A DNA stretch of 64,000 nucleotides from the IMG/VR virus record IMGVR_UViG_3300028275_000007; one strand, given 5' to 3'. This DNA is from a virus. Its lineage: Duplodnaviria; Caudoviricetes. Of this stretch, positions 42,214 to 54,200 are shown one piece after another; position 1 is the stretch's first letter, and each line of letters starts with the position of its first letter. The notes beneath the pieces are model-generated. The model saw nothing but the letters and a program-made list of their open reading frames with translations. It did no database searches and was not told where the DNA came from. The translations under genes were made by a program, and so were the position numbers.

Positions 42214-45200
42214 ATGGCAGATAAATTTTATCCTAAGAGCAACTTACCAATTAGAAGAACAGTTGAGCTATTGCCTTCTGTTTTTCAAACATCTAGTAAC
42301 GATAAGTTTTTATCAGGAGTATTAGATCCTTTAGTCCAGCCTGGCGTATTAGATAAGGTTGTTGGATATGTAGGAAGAAGATACGAAAAAACTTACACTG
42401 GCACTGATGTATATGTAGATACAGACAATACTTTAAGAAGCAGATACCAATTAGAACCCGGTGTTGTTTATAAAAATCTTAATAAAATTGAAAATTTTTA
42501 TGACTACCTTGACTTTAAAAATCAGTTAAAGTTTTTTGGAAACATTGATGAGCGTGACGACAAGATAACAGAACAAGAACATTATACTTGGAATCCTCCT
42601 GTTGATTGGGATAAGTTTATTAATTACAGAGAATACTACTGGCAACCAAGCGGTCCGCCAAGTTTACCTATATACGGCCAAACCGCCAAGGTAACAAGTA
42701 CATATAAAGTTGTTTTAGGAACAACAGGAAACTCTTTTGTATTCACTCCTGATTCTTATACAAACAATCCTACAATTACTTTGTACAGGGGACAAACATA
42801 TAAGTTTAAAGTTAATGCTCCGGGAGAAGGATTTTCTATTAGAACAAACTATGATACCGGTTCATTAATTTTCCAACCTTATCACTCTTATAAAGCAGGA
42901 AGCCTTGCAGTTTATGATGGAAACCTATGGAAAGCTAAAAGAGATATTTCGCCAAGTGACGGCAGCTCTATTAGTATAGATAGTCAAGACTGGGAGTTTG
43001 TCGACCTAGCATCGTCGACTACTGCGTTAGAATATTCTAACGGTGTAACAAATAACGGAACTCAGAATGGTACTTTAACATTTGAAGTGCCCTACGATGC
43101 TCCGGACACTTTATATTATCAAGGATTAATAACTCCAGATCGCTTTGGAAAATTTTTAATTGCCGACATAGAATCAAATTCTTTCATTAATATTAATAAA
43201 GATATTATTGGAAAATCTCAATACACTTCTAGCAACGGAATAGAATTATCAAGTGGAATGATTGTCGAATTTAGAGGAAACGTAACTCCTGCTGAGTACT
43301 CTCATAATAATTGGTTAGTCGAAGGAGTAGGCGATGCTATTACACTAACAAGATTCGATAGTCTGGTCGTTCCTGTATTGACAACAGATGTACCGGAAGT
43401 TTTATTTGACAATGAAGGATTTGATACGCAACCGTTTGACGATGCGACCGCATATCCAACATATAAAGATTATACAACAATTCGAAGAGATAGTAGAGAT
43501 TTAAATCCCTGGAGTCGATATAACAGATGGTTTCATAGATCTGTTTTAGAAAAATCATATTCCTTAAGAGGAGAAGATTTTCCAGCAACTGAATCTTTAA
43601 GAGCAAAAAGACCTATTATCGAATTTAAACCAAATCTACAGTTATATAACTTTGGTTCTGTAGCTAAACAAACAGTTGATTATTTAGATACAAATACTAC
43701 TGATATTTTTAGTATCATAGAAGGTAGTTCTGGTTACAACATTGACGGTGAGTTTTTATTTGAAGGCGCAAGAGTTTTATTTGTTGCTGATACTGATAGT
43801 CTTGCAAATAATAAAATTTATGAAGTACAATTTATAACACATAATAATCTACGCCAAATACATTTAAAAGAAGCCTTAGATAGCGAATCTGCTGTTGGTA
43901 GTTGTTTATTAATTAGACGCGGCAATAAAAATTCTGGCAAGATGTTCCATTTCACAGGAACAGCTTGGAAAGAAAGCCAGCAAAAAATTACAGTTAATCA
44001 AAGTCCAATGTTTGACGGGTTTGACAACAACGGAATAAGTTTTTCTAATGAAGATACATATCCGACTAATACGTTTGTTGGTACTGAAATTTTAAGTTAT
44101 AAAGTTGGCTCTAGTGTTGTTGATAAAGAATTAGGATTTAGTATAAGTTATCTCAACATCAATAATATCGGAGACATACAATTTAATTGGTCTTGGGATT
44201 CTGCTAAATTTGAATATGTGATCGATAGAGTTACATATTCTAAAGATCTAGCCACCGGCTTCTATAAATTTAACAACATCAACGGAGATGATTATCAAAA
44301 CGGTTGGTTGCTAGCAGATACAAAATATTTTCAACCTATCATTGACAGTCAAATTGTAAAAGAATCTACAAACATTTTAACTTTTAATACTGTAAGATGG
44401 GAAAATCTCAAAGAAGATAACGAAATTAATTTTTATGTTAACGGTACAAAGTATCTTGGAGACTGGACACGAACTCTAGGAACTTTTACATTCTCAACAA
44501 CATTTGAAATAAATGATGCAGTTTCTTTGAAATTAATTTCAGACATTGAACCAGACCAAGGATATTACGAAATTCCTGTAGGTCTTGAAAAGAATCCATT
44601 TAACGATAATTTAATAACATTTACTCTTGGCCAAGCAATTGATCATTTAACAACTGCATTAGAGTTTAATATTGATATTACTGGCATAGTTCCAGGAAAT
44701 TCTAATTTGCGTGATATATCTAATTTCCAAAAATTTGGAAAACGATTTTTAAAACATTCTGGTTTAACTCCAGTAGTGTTGATGTCGCTATGCGATAAAA
44801 CTCATAATATTGTTAAATCAATACAGTATTCTAAGCAGTCATATACAGAATTTAAAAATAATTTCTTATCAAGAGCATTAGAAATAGATTACAATGATAA
44901 TATTCCAGATTTTGTCGATGAGATTATAAACAGTTTAACAAAAACTAAAAATTCAACAAATCAATTTTCAGAGTCCGATATGATTGGTAGCGGAGCATTC
45001 ACTTCAATAGTATATGAAGTTGATGATCCAGGAATAAAAACATTTTCTCTTAGCACGAAATTTGATTTATCTACTCCTAGCAGTAGAGCCGTTTACGTTT
45101 ATTTTAACGGAAACCAATTATTAAATTCTCAAGATTACACATTTAATTCTACTTTTGGTTTTGTACAGTTATCAGTTAATTTAACCGAAGGTGATGTAAT

Positions 45201-48200
45201 TGAAATTAGAGAATATGTTTCTACATCTTCGAACTATATTCCAGCAACTCCAACGTCAATGGGATTGTATAAAAAATATACTCCAATGAAATTTGTTGAT
45301 GATACCTATGTAGAACCAAGAGAAGTTATTCAAGGTCACGACGGTAGCATTTCAGCAACATATGGCGATTTTAGAGATGATCTATTATTAGAATTAGAAT
45401 ATAGAATTTATAATAATATCAAACAAGAATACAATGAAGACATTTTTAATATAGACGATATTGTTGGCGGTTACTACGGTGTCGGATTATATAAAAAATC
45501 TCAATTGGACATTATAGTGTCTCAAGAATTTTTAAAATGGATTCAAAATACAAATATTAATTATACATTAAATTCTTATTTTGACAGTCAAAATTCTTTT
45601 ACATATACCTACACAAATATGACAGATCCTACAAGGTCTGAAAATTTACCAGGGTATTGGAGAGGTGTGTATCAATATTTCTACGATACTGATCGACCAC
45701 ATCGTTGTCCTTGGGAAATGTTGGGCTTTAGTGAAAAACCAACTTGGTGGGAAAGTGAATACGGCCCTGCACCTTATACTAGAGGAAATTTAATTCTTTG
45801 GGAAGATTTAGCAAACGGAATTATACGTCAAGGTACAAGAAAGGGCAGATACGCTCGATATACAAGGGATACATTACTATCTCATATTCCTGTAGACGAC
45901 GAAGGTCGTTTATTGAGCCCATTAGATTCTGGATTAGCTAGAGATTTTTCATTAATTAACAATCAAGGATCGTTCGTATTAGGCGATATAGCTCCTGTCG
46001 AATACGCATGGAGATCAAGTTCTGAATGGCCATTTGCTGTTGTAATAGCAATGGCATTAATGAGACCGTTTGAATTTATTTCGAATAATTTTAACAAAGA
46101 CGGAGTATCTTTAAACAACCTAGGACAAACAATTTATTCGTCTACTGGCAAATTTATTACAAAAGAAAATTATGGTCAATCAACTGACAATATAGTTGGT
46201 CTTGGAAAATATATTATCGATTATGTAAAATCAAAAGGTATCGATGAAACTACCTTATGGGATAAGATTAATAATATTGATGTACAAATATCGCATAGAA
46301 TGTCTGGATTTGTTGACCAGCAACAACAAAAATTTTTATTAGACTCTAAGAGTCCAGCAGCATCGTCATCTAGCGTATATGTTCCTCCAGAGAACTACGA
46401 TATTATTTTTAATGTAAGTTCTCCTATTGCTAGCTTGTCTTACAGCGGAGTAATTATAGAAAAAAATTCAAGCGGGTGGGTGTTAAAAGGCTATGACGAT
46501 ATACAACCATATTTTAATTATTTCCAAGCACTTCCAAACCAACGAGATCCTATTATATCTGTTGGCGGCACAAGTGAGAATTTCTTAGACTGGCAAGCTA
46601 ATAAATTATACTCTAATGGAATATTAGTGAGATATGCCAACGAATTTTATAGAGCACTTAAATCTCACACCAGCGGAGATGTATTTGACATTGATCTATG
46701 GAAAAAAGTAGCAGGAATTCCAAAAACTGGAGCAGTAGAAGCAAGCGGTAGAAGAACATTTAACACACTGGTAGTTAAACGTCTAAGTTACGGAACACAA
46801 TTTACAACTATTCAACAGGTTGTTGATTTCCTATTGGGGTACGAAGCCTATCTCAAATCAGTAGGATTTATATTTGATAATTACGATCCTGAAAATAAAG
46901 TATCGCAAGACTGGCTATCTGCTGCAAAAGAATTTATGTTCTGGACCAAGCACAGCTGGCAAGTCGGATCGTTGATCTCACTAAGCCCTGCAGCACAAAA
47001 AGTTAACATAACAGTTCCTGTTGGCGTTGCTGATAGCGTATTAGAAGGATTTTACAATTATCAAGTTCTTAAAGGTGACGGTAAACCTCTGCAACCAAAA
47101 TATATTGATGTTAGCAGAAATTTTCAAAATATCACAGTTACTACCACAAATACCACTGACGGTATTTACTATCTAAAGTTATTTTATGTTCTGAAAGAAC
47201 ACGTAACTATTTTTGACGATAAAACAGTTTTTAACGATACTATCTATGACAAGACAACCGGTTACCGTCAAGGAAGAATAAAAGTACACGGATATAGAAC
47301 AACCGATTGGGACGGAGATTATACCAGCCCAGGATTCTTATTTGATAATGTTAATATACAACCTTGGGTACCATATACTGATTACAAGTTAGGCGATATT
47401 GTTTCTTATAAATCTTACAATTGGACTAGCTTGATTAATCAGCCGGGCTCTCAAACATTTAATGATGCCTATTGGAGCAAGTTAGATACAACTCCAGAAA
47501 AACAGTTAGTTCCTAACTTCGATTACAAAATTAAAGGGTTCTCTGATTATTTTGAAGTAACGTCAGACGGCCTAGACAAGAGTCACAGAGATTTAGCTCG
47601 TCATACAATAGGATATCAAACTAGAAATTATCTACAGAATCTTTCAGAAGATCCAGTTACACAATTTCAAATATATCAAGGATTTGTTCGTGAAAAAGGA
47701 ACAGCAAATTCGATTACAAAAATATTTGGAAAATTAAGTCGTTCAGAAACTGATAGTATTTCTCTCAACGAAGAATGGGCATTTTTAGTAGGAAAAGTCG
47801 GAGGCGTTGATCAGCTTACTGAAGTTGAAATACAAATTGAAAAAAATAAATTAGAAGTTAACCCTCAACAATTTTTAATAGAAACTACTAAGTCTGCTTT
47901 AACTACAGATCAAAAGTATAGAATAACTTCTTCTGATTTTACAATAGTACCAACCCCATTTAATGTTAATATATCACCCACTGCTGATTTATCTTGCCCT
48001 TATACCGCAGGATATATTACTTCGACTACTATTGATCATTCTATTAAGACAAGAGAAGATTTATTAACTTTAGATATAAATTCTATAAAAGAAAATGATC
48101 ACATTTGGGTTACGTTTGAAAAAGATTCTTGGACAGTATTAAGAGTTAACGAATCTGCCACTCTTGAAATAACTGACGTCACTCGTCCATCGGATACAAC

Positions 48201-51200
48201 AGTTGTTATTACATTTAATCGTCCGCACTCTATTCAAATCGACGAGTATGTGGGCTTTAGAAACATATTAAATTTAGTAGGCTTTTATAAAGTTTCTAAT
48301 AAAACTACTGCAACAATCACTGTTAATGTATCGTCAACGATTCAAGATCCTGTAATTGATTACAGTACAATTACACGAGTTCAGTTAATAACTGAATGCA
48401 GATTTGCTGATTATCAATCTATAGACAACCAACAAGCAGCGTTATTAAAAAATAAATCTAGATTATTTGTTGATTCTAATGATACAGGAAATTGGGAAGT
48501 TGTTGAAAAAAATAAACAGTATTCTCCTAAAACAATTTCTGACTACGGTGTAACTAATCCGCTATTTGCCGGATCGTCAGTTCTGTACGACAATATTAAT
48601 AAACAAATAATTTCAAGTATTCCAGGATCGGGAATAGTTGTAGTTTATGTTGAAACTGATACCGGCCTACAAATAAAACAAATATTGTCTCCTCCAGTTA
48701 ACACATATAGTAATGCAGTTGGATCGTTTGGTAAATCAATGGCGTTGTCACCGGACGGAAGATTTTTAATTATTGGAACGCCTGAAGCCAGCGGATTAAA
48801 AACAAATTACCAAGGACCTTGGGAGTCTCAGGTAAGATATCAAACAAACGATATTGTGCTTTATTCCGGACAAATCTGGAGAGCCAAGAATCCTAACTAT
48901 CTAGGTACTGACGGAAGTACAGTAGCAGCAGTTAACACTGATGATTGGGAAATTGCAACTAATATTCCAGTACTAACATCAGGAAGAGTTTCTGGTTTTT
49001 ACAATCAAGGAATGATTGCAATATATGAATTTTCAAATGGAAGATACACAAATGCAAAAGCATTTGTAAGTCCTCGACCTGTTGAAAATGAAAAATTTGG
49101 ATCTAATGTAACTGTAAGTTATGACGGTACAAATTATTATATGGCAGTTAGTGCTGTAGGATCAGTAAACAGTTCCGGAAGAGTTTATTTGTTTAAAAAC
49201 ACAGGAACCGACTGGGAACATTTAGAAAATTCTCACTATAAAGGAATTTATAATCCTTCAACAATTTATCGTGAAGGCGATATTGTATGGCAACCTGCAC
49301 AAGATCCAATTGTAGAAGAAGTCAAGGGCAACCTATGGCAGGCACTTGAAACACAACAAGGTGACGGCAGCACATTAACACTAGAATCATCTGGTTGGAT
49401 AAAAGTTAGTGATGTTTCTACAAGCTGCTCTTTACCAACAAATGTGTCTATAGAAGACGACGGCTCAACAGTTGCAGCTGGAATAATTTCAGTGGATCAA
49501 CTTACAGAAATTATAAAACAAGATGAACAATTTGGTTATAGTTTAACAATGAGCCGAGACGGAAGTATATTAGTTGTTGGCGCTCCGTATGCCGACGGTC
49601 AATATTTTTCTAACTACAAAGGATTGTGGAGAGCCGATGTAGAATATGCAGAAGGAGAAGTTGTCAAATATTCAGATATCTATTATCGATTAGGAGATGC
49701 GTCAGGAAACCCAGATTCTACTTACAGAAGTCAAGGAGAAGATCCGTCGTCCAGTGCCAATTGGCAAGAAGTAGGCGATAGTGCTGCTAATCCTTCAGGA
49801 AAAGTTTTTGTATACAAGAAAACTAGTTATGATTTATATCAGTTAATCCAGACACTAACATCTGCAAACATATCATCTTATTCAGATGTGAGCATGGAAA
49901 TAAATGTTGGAGATCAATTTGGATATTCTGTAGATGTTGACTCATCCGGTACTACATTGATTATTTCTAGCCCACGATCAGACATAAATTATCAAAATCA
50001 AGGATCAGTATATGTTCTTAATTTTGATTCCAATATTTCTGAATTTAAAGTAAAACAAAAATTAGAAAGTTATGAAATGTATCCAAGTGAATACTTTGGA
50101 TACGGCGTTTCTATTAGCCCGGACGGATATAAAATAGCCATCGGTTCTAAAAACACTTATTCGCATTATCCTATAATATTTGATTCAATGAGCGGAACAC
50201 TCTTTGATCAAGGAAGAACTAGTTTCTATGTTGACCAAGGATACACCGGCGGCGTTTATATATTTGATAAAAAAGACAACGAATTTTTCTTAACAGAAAA
50301 ATTAGAATCTGTACTTGTTGAAAATGAAAGTTTTGGTTATAGTATTGATTGTGTTGGATCAAAAGTATTAGTAGGGTCTCCTTATTATAGAAAAGATAAT
50401 ACAGGAGATTACATTGGTAATATAAGATTATTCAGCAAAGATTCTTCTGTTGATTCTTGGACTATTATATCTCAACAATCTCCTTTAGTTGACATAAGAA
50501 AAATTAATAGTGTTGAGTTATACGACAATATTAAAAATGTTAAAATACAGGATATAGATTTTATAGATCCTGCTAAAGGTAAAATCCTTAATTTAGCAGA
50601 AGAAGAAATTAAATTTAAAACACCATACGACCCTGCGGTCTATACTGTAGGAACTGAAGACGTAGTAGTTGATAGTTCTATTAACTGGCTAGAAAAAAAT
50701 GTTGGACAGCTATGGTGGAATGTAGGTAATGCAAAATGGATGTATTCTGAAATTGGAGACATTTCCTACAGACAAGGTAATTGGACACAACTAGTAACTG
50801 GCGCAAGTATTGATGTTTACGAATGGGTGGAAACTCCGTTGTTGCCTAGCGAGTGGGCTGCTTTAGCTGATACAAACGAAGGCCTAGCAGTTGGAATTTC
50901 CGGCCAGCCATTATATCCTAATGATGATACCTATAGCACAAAACAATTTTATAATTCTATCAGTGGTCAAGTGAACAAGACTCTTTATTATTACTGGGTA
51001 AAGAATAAATCTACAGTTCCTTCTAATTTAAATTTTAGAAGAAAATCTTGCTCTGAAGTAGCTAGTTTGATATCAAACCCAGTAGGAACTGGACTACCGT
51101 TTATAGCATTTGTTGATTCTGATAAATTTATAACCTATAATTTTGATTCTATTATTCAATCAGATACTGCATTGCTTAATATAAAATATAAGAACGAATT

Positions 51201-54200
51201 AGGTATATCAATCCCAGTACATAAAGAATATCAATTAATGACTGAAGGTATTGCTAGCAGCTTACCAACACCTAAACTTGAAAATAAATGGATAGACAGT
51301 TTAGTTGGTTTTGATATTATCGGTAATAGAGTTCCTGATATCAACATTCCGGCAAAACAAAAATACGGAATAGATTTTAGACCTCGTCAAAGTATGTTTG
51401 TTAACAAAGATGCAGCATTAAAACTTGTTGTTAACAAAATAAATTCTGTATTGTTAAAACAACCGTTTGCAACTATTATTGATTTTACAAATTTAAACTT
51501 AAAAGATTCAGCCCCTGCTGAAATCTTAAATCTATACGATGTTCAAGTTGACACTGAAATAGATTTGCAAAATGTAGGTACCATAAGAACCAAAAAAGCT
51601 GTGCTGTCTGCAAATATTGTAAACGGTGAATTAGACACTATTGATATTATAGATCCTGGTTTCGGTTATAAAGTAGTTCCTAATGTTGTTATTAATGGGG
51701 ATGGCAAAGGTGCATCTGCAGAAGTAACTCTTGACAACCAAGGAAGAATTAGAACAGTAACAGTATTAACTAGAGGAAAAAAATACAGTACAATTAATGC
51801 GTCTGTTCGTTATTTCTCTGTATTAGTAAACTCTGATTCTACTATTAACAATTTCTGGAGTATATATTCTTGGGACGATGTAAGAAAAACTTTCTTTAGA
51901 ACTCAATCACAAGCATACGATACTACAAGATATTGGAGTTATATTGATTGGTGGAAATCTGGATACAATAACAAATCTAGAATTACCAAAGAACTATTAA
52001 GCATACACGACGAAGTAATTTATAAAATTTCCGTCGGCGACCTGATAAGAGTTAAAGAATATGGATCAGGTGGATGGGCAGTATTTGAAAAGGTCTCAGA
52101 TACAGGCAGTACTTTCTTAGACAGATTTGAATTAATTTCGAGAGAAAACGGAACTATAAAATTAAGTGACTCATTATACGACGCTTCAATCTTTGGAATT
52201 GGATTTGATAGATCGCAGGCGTATGATGATACAAATTACGATATTAACACATCTTTAGAATTAAGAAATATTTTAAAAGCTGTTAAAGAAGATATTTTCG
52301 TTGGCGATTTTAATATCGAATGGAACAATTTATTTTTTGCATCTATGAGATATGTGTTGTCTGAGCAACAATATGTTGACTGGATGTTTAAAACAAGTTT
52401 TGTAAATGCAACACACAACGTAGGAGCATTTAGTCAGCCAACTAACTATAAAAATGATAATTTATCAAGTTATCAAGAATATATTAACGAAGTAAAACCT
52501 TTTAGAACTACTGTTAGAGAGTATGTTAGCCAATACACAACTCCTGAAAAATATGATTTATCTGTAGCAGACTTTGATTTAGAACCAACGTTTTCTGTTA
52601 AAGATGGAAAAGTTATTCCGATCAAACTTGATAATGATTTATTAAATGTTTATCCTTGGAAGTGGTGGTCTGATAATAACGGATATTCGATTACAGATAT
52701 ACAAGTATACGATTCGGGAGAATTATACAAAACTCCACCTAAAGTATTAATTGAAGGATCTGGCACTGGCGCAACAGCACAGGCTTATATTTCTAATGGT
52801 AAAGTATCCGGCATTGTAGTTCTTAATGCTGGCCAAGGATACTTGTCTGCTCCTACTGTTTCATTGGTTGGAGGAAATTCAGCCGGAGCTAGATCGGCCA
52901 AAGCAGTTGCAATCATTGGAAACAGTTTAATTAGATCACTTCATGTATCAGTTAAATTTGATAGGTTAACAACTTCTGGATTGTATACTAGTTTTTCACA
53001 ATCTGAAAGATTTGTTGCAACAGGAACAACATCGGTGTTTAATTTATCTTACGCACCTTCCAGAGATAAAAATAAAATATCAGTTTATAAAAATAATCAA
53101 TTATTATTAAATTCTGATTACACAATTACATTATATTATTCAACAGTTCCTGGATTTAAGAGTCTACAAGGAAAATTAAATTTTGCAATAGCACCGTCTG
53201 CAGGAGATATTATAGTAGTAAACTACGATAAAAATATTGAATTGTTTGATGCTGTTAATAGAATTGAACAGAAGTATAATCCTAAGGCGGGAATGATAGG
53301 AAAGGATCTAGGACAGTTAATGACAGGTATTGACTTTGGAGGTGTTCAAATCCAAGGTACTACCTTTGATGTTACTGGTGGATGGGACGCTCTGCCTTGG
53401 TTCACTGACAACTGGGATAGTGTTGAAGCAAATTCAGATTATTACCATGTCTGTGATGGAAGCACAACATATGTTACTTTACCGTATGTTCCTGCAAACG
53501 GTCAAATTATTAACATCTACATAAAAAATTCAGTAACAGGAGAAATTATTAGAATTGACGATCCTAACTATACAGATGCTTGGGATTCGTCGGTTGCAAT
53601 TAATCCTAACGCACAAATGCCATCTTTTGTCGGCGACGGTAATACTTCAAATATTGAAATTGGAACGTATATTTCTACCAGTGCCGGAGACATTTTAATT
53701 TTCCGCCCAATTGAAAGTGACGGCTCTGTAACTATTACAGATGACAACTTACTAGATACAAAGGTTAGCGGAGGAACACTTTCTGCAATTGACGGAGCAT
53801 ATGTTACAGCCAATGGAGCAACGGTTGAAGAAATTATTATTAATGGTGGGTCGTTTATTAGCCCTGAACAGGTACCAGCACCAGAAGAAAATGTTCCCGG
53901 CCAAGTATTAGATAGCGTATCTATCAAAGTATACAATAATATAATTAATGGCTCTGCTCCGTTGCACACAAAATTAATTCGAAGCACTGGAGTTGATACT
54001 AGTTTTAATATTGGTCAACCAGTGTTGCAAAATAGTTCAGTGATTGTTTATATTGATAAAATTAAACAAGTAATCAATATAGATTATACACTTGATCTGA
54101 TAAATCAGAAAGTTAATTTTGCATCAAGTCCACCAGCCGATTCCTTAGTTGAAATATTATCAATTGGATTGGGCGGTCTTGGAATTATCGACTATCAAGA